64,000 nt of DNA from an uncultured Gemmatimonadota bacterium (GCA_951812955.1 OX638340.1:768001-832000); one strand, 5' to 3'. Positions 18,526 through 28,469 are shown, counted from the stretch's first letter. Notes: a model not told the origin generated them from the letters alone. Numbers and translations: made by a program.

Positions 18526-18673
18526 ACCGGTAATCCGAACATCCACTGCGATGACGATCTTTTTTGCAGGCGGACTGACCCCTTTCAGTCAGCGTTTTCC
18601 CGTCATCTCGCCAAGTGGTCACCTGCAATAGAAAACCCAGGCTGATCCCGGTCAGGTAGAAAGATTATATACA

Positions 18674-19336
18674 ATGATTCGACTCAAAGTATATGATGTC
18701 GGGCCTCCCTATCCCCTGCACGCCACCCCGGTACTCTGGCTGGCCGACGAGCAGGAAGAGCAGGTTCTGATCCTCCTGATCGGCATCGCGGAAGCCTTTG
18801 CCATCAAGAGCCAGATCGACGCTGGCGAAGAAGAGCCTCCACGGCCCATGACCCATGACCTGCTCAAGTCCGTTTTCGAGCATTTCGATGCCGAGATCGA
18901 GTTCGTGCTCATTTCCGAACTGCGCGAGCAGCAGTTCTACATTGCGGAAATACACGTCAAGGCCAACGGACATTCCATGACCATCGACTCCAGGCCAACG
19001 GACGCCATCGCCCTGGCCCTTCGCGCCGACGCGCCGATCTACGTGGAGGAAGAAGTCATGCGCGTAGCGGGCAAGCGGATGCCCAAGAGCAAGGACGAAA
19101 ACGGCGAGGACGATATCGCGGCATCCATCGAGGAACTGGAAGCGGATGATGCGGGCAAGGTTCCCGCGGCGCAGGTGGTCGCCGAAGAGTTGATGGAAGC
19201 GGTGGAGTTCAAGAGTCAGCCACGCACCCCGCTCGAGACGGCGCGCAGAAAACTTCAGGCAGCCATAGATGAGGAACGGTACGAGGACGCCGCCCGGTTG
19301 CGCGACGAGATCAGCCGCCTGGAACAGAGCGCCTAA
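18674..19336 (+). CDS. DUF151 'bifunctional nuclease' (BFN) domain protein with a C-terminal UVR domain
   Basis: The N-terminal 130 aa match the BFN/DUF151 pattern (...PVLWLADEQEEQVLILLIGIAEAFAI...PRPMTHDLL...FYIAEIHV...DSRPTDAIALALRADAPIYV). The C-terminus ERYEDAARLRDEISRLE is a UVR motif. Confidence 0.7.
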   Translation: MIRLKVYDVGPPYPLHATPVLWLADEQEEQVLILLIGIAEAFAIKSQIDAGEEEPPRPMTHDLLKSVFEHFDAEIEFVLISELREQQFYIAEIHVKANGHSMTIDSRPTDAIALALRADAPIYVEEEVMRVAGKRMPKSKDENGEDDIAASIEELEADDAGKVPAAQVVAEELMEAVEFKSQPRTPLETARRKLQAAIDEERYEDAARLRDEISRLEQSA

Positions 19337-19345
19337 AGGGGTAGC

Positions 19346-20164
19346 GTGCGAGAAGCCATCACGATGTGGAAGTATACCAGGATGGTCGTCCTGGTAGCCC
19401 TGACGGCAGCCATGTTTGCCGCCGTCCTCATTCCCTTCAAGCTCCTTCCCATCATTCCCGGCATTACCGAGCTCCGGCCGGCCAATGTGTTCCCGATCAT
19501 CTGCTCCCTCATGTTCGGTCCCGCCGGCGCGTGGGGCGCGGCCTTTGGCAACCTGATCGGCGATCTGATGGGTGGCACCTACGGACTGGGCAGTTACTTC
19601 GGCATGCTCGGTAACTTCCTGCTCGGATATATTCCCTACCGGCTCTGGCGCATCCTGACCAGTAAAGAGCCCGGAACGTGGTCTCCCACCATGCTGGTCC
19701 GGTACCTTTACGTTACGCTGCTTGCAAGCATCGCCTGCGGCGTCACGGTAGGATGGGGGCTGGACACCCTCGGGCTCGTGCCCTTCCACGTGCTGGCTCC
19801 CCTCATTTCAATCAACAATTTCATCACCGCGGGCATTCTCGGTCCGCTGCTGCTGCCGGTGCTCTATAGCCGTGTGAAACAGTGGGGACTGCTCTATCAC
19901 GACGTCATGGACCCGGCCGACCTCTCCAAAGGCCGGCTGCCGCACGTCGCCCACGTGATCATGGTTGTGGCCCTCTTCGGCAGCCTGTACGTCGGCGTAT
20001 CCATCTCGCTGGGCTTGAACGACGAGGCGGTCCGGTCCATTCCACTGGTTTTCGGTCTGGAGATAACCGCACCTGAAAGCCTGCTTATGCCGGCAGGAAC
20101 CAGTGTTGGAATGGGACTTTTACCCGTGATGGTCCTGCTTGTGATCGCTTGCATTCTTATTTGA
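19346..20164 (+). CDS. Polytopic membrane protein, QueT / ECF-transporter S-component-like
   Basis: 272 aa and hydrophobic throughout. The N-terminal pattern resembles QueT/ECF-S components. This is weakly supported. Confidence 0.4.
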   Translation: MREAITMWKYTRMVVLVALTAAMFAAVLIPFKLLPIIPGITELRPANVFPIICSLMFGPAGAWGAAFGNLIGDLMGGTYGLGSYFGMLGNFLLGYIPYRLWRILTSKEPGTWSPTMLVRYLYVTLLASIACGVTVGWGLDTLGLVPFHVLAPLISINNFITAGILGPLLLPVLYSRVKQWGLLYHDVMDPADLSKGRLPHVAHVIMVVALFGSLYVGVSISLGLNDEAVRSIPLVFGLEITAPESLLMPAGTSVGMGLLPVMVLLVIACILI

Positions 20165-20241
20165 AGAATACCTGACGCGCCGCGGTGGAAACCCGCCGCT
20201 GCGAACGGATTGAACGTACCGCGACTGGAGGATTTCGCGTC

Positions 20242-21561
20242 ATGAAAGTCGTCGATGTGGAACGAATCGTGGTGGATGTGCCTTTCACCGAGAGGCAGGC
20301 CCGGATCACCGAGCGGGAAGTGTACAACTGGTCGATCCTGGAGCTGTGCCGGGTGACCACGGATACCGGCCTGACCGGGTGGGGGGAAACGGTTATACAC
20401 TACACCTGGGCGCGGGTCACCGACGAAGCCGTCAATCGGGTCATCGGAAAGAGCCCGGCCGACGTGATGAACGACGATACGCTCGGTGCGGGACTGCAGA
20501 TGGCCCTGTTCGATGTGGCCGGGAAAGCGCTGGGGGTCCCATGCTACAAGCTACTTGGTAACAAGGTTCGCGACTGGTCGCCCATCTCCTGGTGGTCCAT
20601 CGACGCGTCGCCGGGAGACTGGCTGGCCGAGGCCCAGGACGCGGTGACCCTGGGTTACACCAGCTTCAAGATCAAACAGCGGCCCTGGTGGGACATCTTC
20701 GCCCAGGTGGACGCCATTGCTACGGGCATTCCCAGTTCCTTCAAGCTGGATCTCGACGCCAATGCCACGATGCAGAACGCGGCCGCGGCCATGCCCATCA
20801 TGCAGAAGCTGGCACAGCACGAAAACGTGGCCATGTTCGAATCCCCCATCCCGCAGACAGACATACTGGGCAACCGGCAGCTCAAACAGGTCATCCCCCG
20901 TCCCATCGCCATGCACTTCGGCTCGCCTTCCTACATGACGGCTATACGCGAGGAAGTCTGTGACGGCTTTGTGATTTGCGCCGGCAAGTCCGAGGTGATT
21001 CGACAGGGACATCTGAGCGCCGAGGCCAACATGCCTTTCTGGCTCCAGCTTGTGGGCAACGGGCTCACCACGACCTGGGCCGCCCACCTGGGCGCCGTGC
21101 TGACCCATGCTACCTGGCCCGCCATAACTTGTATAAACCTCTACAGTCATCACCTGCTGACGAAACCTGTCGAGGTCGTGGGCGGTTTTCACCGGGTGCC
21201 CGAGGAACCGGGCCTGGGTGTGACCGTTGACGAGGAAGCGGTGGAAAGGTGGCGGGTGCCCGACGAGACCGTCCGGGAACTGAATGAGCAGGGCGAACTG
21301 TATGATAAGCCCAAACCGCGCATCATCTGCTCCGTGGTCTACCCAGACGACACCCGGATTCACATCGCGCCCATGAACAGGGCCTACGGCTATTTCATCC
21401 AGGGCAACGGACCCGCCCATGCCGACGGAGTCGAACTGGAAACAGTCCATGACAATGGTTCGAAGGAATGGTCCGATCTCTACGAAAGGGCACTCGAACA
21501 CCCCGTGCGAAGCAGGGAATTAGAAGCCGACGGCCGTGCCATGGGTACGGACCGCGGCTGA
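20242..21561 (+). CDS. Enolase-superfamily enzyme (mandelate racemase / muconate lactonizing, sugar-acid dehydratase-like)
   Basis: The start MKVVDVERIVVDVPF at 20242 has GGAG upstream. An N-terminal capping domain is followed by a barrel domain (KIKQRPWWD...DANA...FESP). It is adjacent to uxuA. Confidence 0.65.
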   Translation: MKVVDVERIVVDVPFTERQARITEREVYNWSILELCRVTTDTGLTGWGETVIHYTWARVTDEAVNRVIGKSPADVMNDDTLGAGLQMALFDVAGKALGVPCYKLLGNKVRDWSPISWWSIDASPGDWLAEAQDAVTLGYTSFKIKQRPWWDIFAQVDAIATGIPSSFKLDLDANATMQNAAAAMPIMQKLAQHENVAMFESPIPQTDILGNRQLKQVIPRPIAMHFGSPSYMTAIREEVCDGFVICAGKSEVIRQGHLSAEANMPFWLQLVGNGLTTTWAAHLGAVLTHATWPAITCINLYSHHLLTKPVEVVGGFHRVPEEPGLGVTVDEEAVERWRVPDETVRELNEQGELYDKPKPRIICSVVYPDDTRIHIAPMNRAYGYFIQGNGPAHADGVELETVHDNGSKEWSDLYERALEHPVRSRELEADGRAMGTDRG

Positions 21562-21627
21562 CCATTCGTGCAGCCGGCGCATGGCCGGATATTCAATAGC
21601 AGTGGACGTTACAGGAGAGGGTTATTC

Positions 21628-22599
21628 ATGATTAAGATCGCAGAAATCCTCAGTACCGGCCGAAATACGCTCTGGGACCAGGTCAAGCAGATCGGCGTTG
21701 ACCACGTGGTGACCAGCATGCCGCCCGCGGTGGGCAACGAAATGGGCTGGGAGTATATGCCCATGCTTCGGATGAAGAACAACTTCAACGACGCCGGTTT
21801 CGATGTGGCTGTCATTGAAAGCACGCCCCCGATGCTCCGCATCAAGCTGGGTCTGGAAGGCCGGGAGGAGGAACTGGACGACGTCTGTACCTTCATTGAG
21901 AGCATGGGCCGGGTCGGCATCAAGACCTGGTGCTACAACTGGATGGCGGTCCTGAACTGGACGCGGACCTCTTCGACGGTCCCGTCCCGGGGCGGTGCCT
22001 TCGTCACCGGCTACGACCACGCCATGATGAAGAACGCGCCGCTGACCGATGCGGGTGAAGTATCCGAGAACCAGCTTTGGGAGACGCTGCACGAGTTCCT
22101 GGAAAGGGTAACGCCCGTCGCCGAACAGTACGGCGTGGAAATGGCCATGCACCCCGACGATCCGCCCCTCTCGCCGCTTCGGGGCATCGGACGTATCATG
22201 CGGACTCTGGACAACTACCAGAGACTCCTGGACCTGGTACCCAGTCCCATGAACGGGATCACGTTCTGCCAGGGAAACTTCGCACTCATGACCGACGATC
22301 AGCCCGCAGCCATCCGCCATTTCGGCGCGCAGCGCAAGATCTTCTTCGTCCATTTCAGGGATGTGCGCGGGGACGTTGAAAGTTACGTGGAGACCTTCCA
22401 CGACGACGGCCCGACCGATATGATGGCCTGCCTGCGCGCGTACCGGGATATCGGGTTCGAGGGCGTGCTGCGACCGGACCACGTGCCGACCCTGGCCGGC
22501 GAAGACAACGACCATCCGGGCTATTCCGCGCTGTGCAGGCTCTACGCCGTCGGATATATCAGGGGGTTGAGGGAAGCGGTCTACAGGGAGGACGGGTAG
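21628..22599 (+). CDS. uxuA: D-mannonate dehydratase
   Basis: Start MIKIAEIL (AGGAGAG upstream). UxuA-conserved blocks are CYNWMAVLNWTRT, MAMHPDDPP, RPDHVP and HPGYSALCRLYAVGYIRGL. Confidence 0.8.
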   Translation: MIKIAEILSTGRNTLWDQVKQIGVDHVVTSMPPAVGNEMGWEYMPMLRMKNNFNDAGFDVAVIESTPPMLRIKLGLEGREEELDDVCTFIESMGRVGIKTWCYNWMAVLNWTRTSSTVPSRGGAFVTGYDHAMMKNAPLTDAGEVSENQLWETLHEFLERVTPVAEQYGVEMAMHPDDPPLSPLRGIGRIMRTLDNYQRLLDLVPSPMNGITFCQGNFALMTDDQPAAIRHFGAQRKIFFVHFRDVRGDVESYVETFHDDGPTDMMACLRAYRDIGFEGVLRPDHVPTLAGEDNDHPGYSALCRLYAVGYIRGLREAVYREDG

Positions 22600-22606
22600 C
22601 GGTCGG

Positions 22607-23077
22607 TCAACCGTTCGGGTCCGGATGGATCGAGTCGACCCAGTACACGTTCTCCGGCTGCTCCACGGGTTCGATGTCCAGATTGACCACGACTGGATCC
22701 ATGCCGCTTCTGCACAGCACGCATTCCAGGGGCTCGTCGGAACGGGCGTTAATCTCCTGGTGGGGTACGTAGGGCGGCACGTAGATGAAATCGCCCGGCC
22801 CCGCTTCCGCCACGAATTCCAGCCGCTCGCCCCAGCGCATCCTCGCCTTGCCTTTCAATACATAGATCACGCTTTCCAGCTCGCCGTGGTGATGGGCACC
22901 GGTTTTCGCGTTTGGGTGGATGGTAACGGTACCCGCCCAGATCTTGCTCGCCCCGGTCCGGGCGTGGGTAATCGCCGCGGCACGCGACATGCCCAGGGTC
23001 TGTGGGGTGTTTGTGTCGAGCCGGTTGCCGGGGATGACCTTCACCCCGTCTTCGCGCCACTTCCCGTCGACATCCAT
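22607..23077 (-). CDS. Cupin-domain protein (KdgF-like)
   Basis: The cupin motifs GAHHHGELESVIYVLKG and PPYVPHQEIN are present. The likely start MDVDGKW is at 23077. Confidence 0.6.
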   Translation of the reverse strand: MDVDGKWREDGVKVIPGNRLDTNTPQTLGMSRAAAITHARTGASKIWAGTVTIHPNAKTGAHHHGELESVIYVLKGKARMRWGERLEFVAEAGPGDFIYVPPYVPHQEINARSDEPLECVLCRSGMDPVVVNLDIEPVEQPENVYWVDSIHPDPNG

Positions 23078-23214
23078 GGTATTACCTGTAACCCCTTCGG
23101 TTCCTGCACTCAAACACGCGCAGACTGCTTACACGCGGAATAGGTTCACACGCCGAAACACGCGGAGAAAGCTCACACGCAAAGTCTGCTCAGTTATTCG
23201 CACGCGCAGACGAC

Positions 23215-24162
23215 TCAGTTGTCCAGACCGAGTTCCCTGCGCAGTCCCACGTCCACCACGCTGTTCTTCGTCCAGTAGTCCAGCATGAGGCGCTTATTGC
23301 GGACGGCCGTGGTGACGAGTTCCTTCGTCGTTCCATCGGAAGCGAATTCGACCTCCTCCCAGGATTCGATCTCGTGGGGGAAGTCCCGTCTGAAACGTAT
23401 GGTAAGCGTGCGGTTGAGTTCCGGATAGTAAACCAGGTTGTAGACCATCACTTCGGGCTCATAGGTTTCCGGCATCAGTATGGCGGTGGCGTTCACGGTA
23501 CGCCAGGCCGTATGATCGAACCGCTGGTACAGCGTACCCGGAATCATGGTCACCTCACCGGTCGGCAGATCGTCGGGATTCAGCCGTATGGTCGTCCAGA
23601 TTTCATCCTCGGTAACGACGCCGTCGAGCCGCTCTACTTTATCGCCTTCGCTCTCGAAATATGAGTACTGCTGAACGTGGTATTGGTCGTCCTGCAGGTT
23701 CAACTGGACGAAAGCGTGACCGCACCATTCCTGTACGGACGTCGTGATCTTCAGCGTTCGGGGATGGCGGTCCCGGTCCACCGGGCTGAAGGCCGATGTC
23801 ATGACCGTGTACGGATACACGCCCGTATTGAAGTTTCGAAGTGCGTTCAACTTCAGGACCTTCACGGCATCGTCGCCCGCTTCGTCGGGCCGGTCCAGCT
23901 TGACCTGCTTCTTCTCCGAGAAATCCTCCGTCACGAAAATGAGCACGGCGTCACCGTCGTGGAGTTCGCCATAACGGGCCTGCTTCAGGTCATAGCTCGT
24001 AATCTCCGCCTTGCCCTGGTACCAGTAGTCGCCGAAGGTGACGGGTCCATTCCGGGTAGCATCCGCACCATCTCCAACCAACCCGCACCCACCGGTCAGT
24101 CCGGCCAGTACGGCCAGCGCGGCCATCGAACCGACCATCAGTCTCAAAACGATGCGTTTCAT
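23215..24162 (-). CDS. Putative lipoprotein, function unknown
   Basis: A signal peptide ends in LAGLTGGC (lipobox-like). No recognisable catalytic motif. It overlaps the downstream membrane protein gene by 4 bp. Confidence 0.5.
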   Translation of the reverse strand: MKRIVLRLMVGSMAALAVLAGLTGGCGLVGDGADATRNGPVTFGDYWYQGKAEITSYDLKQARYGELHDGDAVLIFVTEDFSEKKQVKLDRPDEAGDDAVKVLKLNALRNFNTGVYPYTVMTSAFSPVDRDRHPRTLKITTSVQEWCGHAFVQLNLQDDQYHVQQYSYFESEGDKVERLDGVVTEDEIWTTIRLNPDDLPTGEVTMIPGTLYQRFDHTAWRTVNATAILMPETYEPEVMVYNLVYYPELNRTLTIRFRRDFPHEIESWEEVEFASDGTTKELVTTAVRNKRLMLDYWTKNSVVDVGLRRELGLDN

Positions 24163-24716
24163 GGATTCACCTCGCTTTCACCGGGAACCTCGGGAGCGTA
24201 AACGAAAGGCCGCGAGCCCAGGATTCTTATCCCATAGATTACCAGAGAGACCACACCCCATGAGAGCCCTACCACCACACCCGCGTCGACGATTCCTCGC
24301 CAGGGTTGGGGCAGGTATCCGATCAGGATGATCAGCATCAAGATGCCGAAGGTCAACATCATGGTAATGCGCTGACGAACGGGATTAATATGTATGTAGC
24401 CTGCAAGAAACACCGGCGCCAGCACGATCAGCCAGGGACGGGGGTGATGGTAGAGGAACCAGGCCCTTGAAAGCACCCGGGGAGAAAAGTTCTTTTGAAA
24501 TCCGTGGTACCCTTCGGAGTGGGCCATGAAGACGACCACAAGACCCAGTACCAGCCAGTGGTACCAGAAGAAAGGGAAGTTGTCCAGCGCATCGACGGTG
24601 ACTGCGGAAAGCCTGAATATGGCGAACAGCAAAACGGCGCCGATGAAGGAGAGGCCCCATACGAGCCCGATGATGGCAAGCAGTTTACTTTCTGTCTTCG
24701 GCGCACGCTCCGTCAT
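24159..24716 (-). CDS. Membrane protein, function unknown
   Basis: 185 aa with about 5 TM helices. It has 4 bp overlaps with smpB upstream and the lipoprotein gene downstream, which suggests one operon. Confidence 0.5.
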   Translation of the reverse strand: MTERAPKTESKLLAIIGLVWGLSFIGAVLLFAIFRLSAVTVDALDNFPFFWYHWLVLGLVVVFMAHSEGYHGFQKNFSPRVLSRAWFLYHHPRPWLIVLAPVFLAGYIHINPVRQRITMMLTFGILMLIILIGYLPQPWRGIVDAGVVVGLSWGVVSLVIYGIRILGSRPFVYAPEVPGESEVNP

Positions 24717-25210
24717 GGACGCCCCTTCAACGTACGTTCCATGTCCCGCCGGGCGTCCCGTTCCATGATGGTCCGTCTGCGATCGTAATCCCGCTTCCCC
24801 TTGGCCAGGGCGAGTTCCACCTTGGCGCGCCCACGTTTGAAATAGACCCTCATGGGGATGAGGGTAAGCCCCTTTTCAACGACCCGCCCGATCAGCTTGC
24901 GGATTTCAGACCGGTGCAGGAGGAGCTTGCGACGGCGGGTCGGTTCGTGATTGAAGTGACTGCCCTGTTCGTAGGGCGACACGTGAACGTTGTACAGATA
25001 TGCCTCGCCGTTATCGACCGCGGCGTAGCTGTCGGTCAGGTTGATCTTACCCGCCCGAAGCGATTTCACCTCGGTGCCTGTCAGGACGATACCCGCCTCC
25101 CAGGTCTCCAGGAAATGGTAATCATGCCGCGCCTTCCGGTTGGTCACGATAACCTTGATTTCATCGGTCCCGTTGGCGTCTGCGACTGGACGTTCCGATG
25201 CTCTGGCCAT
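24713..25210 (-). CDS. smpB: SsrA-binding protein
   Basis: [40 protein letters not shown]...[19 protein letters not shown] is a diagnostic SmpB sequence. Confidence 0.9.
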   Translation of the reverse strand: MARASERPVADANGTDEIKVIVTNRKARHDYHFLETWEAGIVLTGTEVKSLRAGKINLTDSYAAVDNGEAYLYNVHVSPYEQGSHFNHEPTRRRKLLLHRSEIRKLIGRVVEKGLTLIPMRVYFKRGRAKVELALAKGKRDYDRRRTIMERDARRDMERTLKGRP

Positions 25211-25258
25211 GTCTTCCTCTTACCGACTTGGTCTATCCGATTACCACACTGGCGCTGC

Positions 25259-25287
25259 TTGACAAATAGCGGCTACCGGAATATATT
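25259..25287 (+). promoter_or_regulatory. Consensus sigma70 promoter for tRNA-Leu, TTGACA-17-TATATT
   Basis: TTGACAaatagcggctaccggaaTATATT lies about 35 nt upstream of the tRNA. Confidence 0.6.
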
Positions 25288-25320
25288 AATCAGGTTGTAT
25301 TGTGACAAATGGTATATGAT

Positions 25321-25404
25321 GCCGAAGTGGTGGAACTGGTAGACACGCTGTGTTCAGGGCGCAGTGGGCTTTCGCCCGTGAGAGTTCGAATCTCTCCTTC
25401 GGCA
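25321..25404 (+). tRNA. tRNA-Leu (anticodon CAG), type II with a long variable arm
   Basis: It was folded by hand. The acceptor stem is GCCGAAG/CTTCGGC. The anticodon stem CTGTG/CGCAG has loop TTCAGGG. The T-arm is GAGAG-TTCGAAT-CTCTC. It is close to E. coli tRNA-Leu(CAG). No CCA is encoded. Confidence 0.85.
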
Positions 25405-25414
25405 CTTGGTCAGA

Positions 25415-25446
25415 TCGCCCGCGTGAATTCATGCGGGTTTTTTATT
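25415..25446 (+). terminator. Rho-independent terminator after tRNA-Leu
   Basis: The stem CCCGCgtgaattcatGCGGG is followed by TTTTTTAT. It may serve bidirectionally for the convergent minus-strand genes. Confidence 0.65.
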
Positions 25447-25471
25447 TGGATGGATGATCGAAGAGGGGCGC

Positions 25472-25918
25472 TCAGGCCCCATCCGGACGCTTGTCCCTGA
25501 TCCAGTGTGCGTATCGTTTCGGGTCGATCCGGATCACATCCAGGGGTTCCACGGACACCTGGGAAGCCCACTGCCAGGGATCGACCTGTTCGAATGTATC
25601 GGAGGGCAGGACGTACACGTAGCCCGGCCTGTCCAGGTCGAGCAAACCGGCCTCGAGGTCGATTCGGGGCTCGATGTCCTCATTCAGATCCTCCGGCCGT
25701 TCTATACCGAGATCCATGCCGAAACTGAATCCTCCGTTTTCGTTCGGCAGAATCGGGATCGAAAAGGCGATGGCGAGTTTCTTCAGGTGGGTGGCATAGA
25801 CCGCGGTAAGCTGGTCTTCTTCCGATCCTACCCCGTGCGCGGGCCTGGGTTCCAGGCGAGATAGTTTCTCCGCGGTGCCGTGGTAGAGTAATGAGGGTTT
25901 TGGGGGCTGTGCGCTCAT
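25472..25918 (-). CDS. Hypothetical protein
   Basis: 148 aa (MSAQPPKPSLLYHGT...). No motif is recognised. It overlaps the upstream PPase-like gene by 4 bp. Confidence 0.4.
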   Translation of the reverse strand: MSAQPPKPSLLYHGTAEKLSRLEPRPAHGVGSEEDQLTAVYATHLKKLAIAFSIPILPNENGGFSFGMDLGIERPEDLNEDIEPRIDLEAGLLDLDRPGYVYVLPSDTFEQVDPWQWASQVSVEPLDVIRIDPKRYAHWIRDKRPDGA

Positions 25919-26304
25919 GGAGGCTCCATACCTTCTCGCGCTATGATGGACTCGAAGAACTGTTCCTGGAACGCCGTGAGGCCGCGGATTTGTTCATCGG
26001 TGAGGTTTTCACCAGCGGGCACGACGATGAGCTTGTCGTCCGCGTCATCCGTTCGCTGAATCACCGCGATACATCGTCCCGTAAAGTACGCAACCGGCAT
26101 GTCCACGCCCAACACATAGGCATCCAGTTCTTCGCCGTCCAGTCCCGTCACGCCGGGAACGAAACCGTAGTTCACCGGGTAGATGAAACCATGTTCAGGG
26201 TGCCGGGAACCCTGCGGACGGTCTATACGGACTCCAATGGTTTTACCGATGAACATCCGGGGGTCGACACTTGAGGTACGAGCCATTCGCTGTTTTTCAT
26301 GCAT
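25915..26304 (-). CDS. Short inorganic-pyrophosphatase-like protein (family I PPase core)
   Basis: YPVNYGFVPGVTGLDGEELDAYVLG and CIAVIQRTDDADDKLIVV match family I PPase active-site strands. It lacks about 40 N-terminal residues of canonical PPase. Confidence 0.5.
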   Translation of the reverse strand: MHEKQRMARTSSVDPRMFIGKTIGVRIDRPQGSRHPEHGFIYPVNYGFVPGVTGLDGEELDAYVLGVDMPVAYFTGRCIAVIQRTDDADDKLIVVPAGENLTDEQIRGLTAFQEQFFESIIAREGMEPP

Positions 26305-26397
26305 AGTAGGGGTTTCTTAGACAGGCAGTATCTTTACATCAGCCCGGTCCCTGACTGATTTTATACTAACCCAATGTACAAACAGAGTCAATAATCG

Positions 26398-27594
26398 ATG
26401 CGATCCGGATCCCTGGCCGACTTCAGCATCCTCCTGTCCCTCTGGTTCATGATGTTTGCTGCCAGCAGCCAGACGATGATCATGACGCCGTTGATGCCTA
26501 TTGTCCAGGCGCAGTTCGATGTCCCACCGGAATACCTGGGAACCCTGATCACGGCCTACGCCGTCATGCTGGGCATATGTGCGCTGATCACGGGGCCCCT
26601 GTCGGATGCGGTCGGTAGGCGGCGTATTCTGATGATCGGCACAGGCGCCATGTGCGGTACCCTGTTCCTGCACAGCTTCGTTACGGACTACCTGTCGCTG
26701 CTGCTGGTCAGGGCGGTGTCCGGGATGGCCGCCGGCGTGCTGAGCGGGGTGGCGCCAGCCTATATCGGGGATCACTTCCCATCCGAAAGGCGGGGGTGGG
26801 CTAACGGGGTGGTCATGACCGCCATCGCGTTCGGGCAGATCGTGGGTATCCCGGCCGGCACCCTCCTGACCGATCGCTACGATTTCGCCACGGCCTTCAT
26901 TTTCTTCACCATACCCATGGCGCTTTCATTCGTCCTGGTCGGCACGCTGACCCGGCAGCCCGCCGTCGCTCGGACGCGGCTGACTTCTTTAGGGTCGGTC
27001 GTACAAAACTACGCTAACATGTTCAAGGCGCCGGCGACCGCGGCGGCCGTAGGCGCCTATTGCATCATGTTCACGGGGATCGCATTCTACGTCATCTACC
27101 TCGTCGTGTGGATGAAGGATACATTCGGGGTATCGGGCGACGCGGTGGCGTCCCTTTTCGTAGTCTCCGGCATCGCCAGCGTGATCGTCGGACCCTGGGC
27201 AGGCAGGTTGTCCGACCGGTTCGGGCGTAAATTCATGGTCGCAGGCGCATGCGCGGGGCTCTTTGTCCTCATGTCCCTGACAACGACCATCATGGCTGAA
27301 TTCTGGATGGCCTATCCGCTTTTCTTCACCATCATGGTACTCGTGTCCGCCCGGATGGGGCCTTTCCAGGCGCTGCTATCCGAAATCGTGCCGGCGCAAC
27401 GGCGAGGTTCGCTGATGAGTCTGAGTATCGCGACCGGTCAGCTGGCCATGGGGATCTGCAGCGCGGCCGCGGGTATCGTATATATCGAGTTGGGCTACTT
27501 TTTCAGCTCGGCCCTGGGAGGCACGGGTATGCTCGCCATGGGATATCTCGTATGGCGATATATACCGGAGACGCGTGGGGTATCGAGGAGATAA
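26398..27594 (+). CDS. MFS transporter
   Basis: 398 aa with 12 TM helices. The MFS signature GPLSDAVGRRRIL is present. Confidence 0.7.
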   Translation: MRSGSLADFSILLSLWFMMFAASSQTMIMTPLMPIVQAQFDVPPEYLGTLITAYAVMLGICALITGPLSDAVGRRRILMIGTGAMCGTLFLHSFVTDYLSLLLVRAVSGMAAGVLSGVAPAYIGDHFPSERRGWANGVVMTAIAFGQIVGIPAGTLLTDRYDFATAFIFFTIPMALSFVLVGTLTRQPAVARTRLTSLGSVVQNYANMFKAPATAAAVGAYCIMFTGIAFYVIYLVVWMKDTFGVSGDAVASLFVVSGIASVIVGPWAGRLSDRFGRKFMVAGACAGLFVLMSLTTTIMAEFWMAYPLFFTIMVLVSARMGPFQALLSEIVPAQRRGSLMSLSIATGQLAMGICSAAAGIVYIELGYFFSSALGGTGMLAMGYLVWRYIPETRGVSRR

Positions 27595-27653
27595 TACGGT
27601 CGACAGTTCCTGGTGTCGGCGGGCAACGCAGTTTCGGTATGCAACCTGCCGGA

Positions 27654-28469
27654 TCAGGCCGACTCCGAGTGGATCGAATCCACGAACTCGGCGACGACTT
27701 CGTTGAACCGGTCCGATTCTTCGTAGAACAGTACATGACCGCTCTGGTCGAAGATTTCCATACGCGCGCCGGGAATATGTTCGTGCATGTACTTACAGCC
27801 CGGAAAGGCTCCGCTTCGGCCGCCCGTCGTTATGAGAACCGGTAAATCGATGGAAGGCAGCAGGGGACGCCAGTCCTGCGCCCGATAATCGGGGCCGAGC
27901 GTCACGCCCTGGGCGGGTGTGTTCTCGCTGCTCTCCGCCAAAAGCCGGTCCAGTTCGTCATCGGAGACGTCGCAGGAGACGAACATCTTGCGGAGTTCCC
28001 AGCGTTTGCGCTCGGCCTCGTCCTTCGGCGGCGACGCGGTGCCGGGTTCAGGTGGGCCGTGCACTTCGATGCTGGGCACTTCGTCGACCAGTACGACGCC
28101 TTTCAGCCGGTAATCGCGGAACAGTTCGATGTAGGAGAGAACGGTCCTGGCGCCGATGGACCAGCCCACGAGGGTGACGTCATCGAGTTCGAGCGTCTCG
28201 ATGATCTGCCGCACGTCCATGGCGTACCGGGCGGTACGATGGCCCCAGGGCGTCTTGTCCGATCTGCCGTTGCCGCGGGTATCGGCGGCGATGACCCGGA
28301 ATCGCCGGCTCAGTGCCGGTACCTGCCTGCTCCACCAGCCCAAGCTCAGTCCGCCGCCGTGGATCAGAAAAACAGGCTTCCCAGAACCGGAATCTTCATA
28401 GTAGAGGCGGACGCCGTCGTTGGCTCTGACAAATCCTGCGCGTTTTTCCAATGCCAGAATTCCTCCCAT
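27654..28469 (-). CDS. alpha/beta-fold hydrolase
   Basis: HGGG is the oxyanion region. The nucleophile elbow is LVGWSIGA (GxSxG). Confidence 0.7.
   Translation of the reverse strand: MGGILALEKRAGFVRANDGVRLYYEDSGSGKPVFLIHGGGLSLGWWSRQVPALSRRFRVIAADTRGNGRSDKTPWGHRTARYAMDVRQIIETLELDDVTLVGWSIGARTVLSYIELFRDYRLKGVVLVDEVPSIEVHGPPEPGTASPPKDEAERKRWELRKMFVSCDVSDDELDRLLAESSENTPAQGVTLGPDYRAQDWRPLLPSIDLPVLITTGGRSGAFPGCKYMHEHIPGARMEIFDQSGHVLFYEESDRFNEVVAEFVDSIHSESA

Noticed and set aside
25321-25404. tRNA-Leu considered as an attachment site of an integrated element
   Set aside because: No integrase, excisionase or phage genes flank it. I did not notice a direct repeat of the tRNA 3' end downstream. The neighbouring genes have host-like GC.
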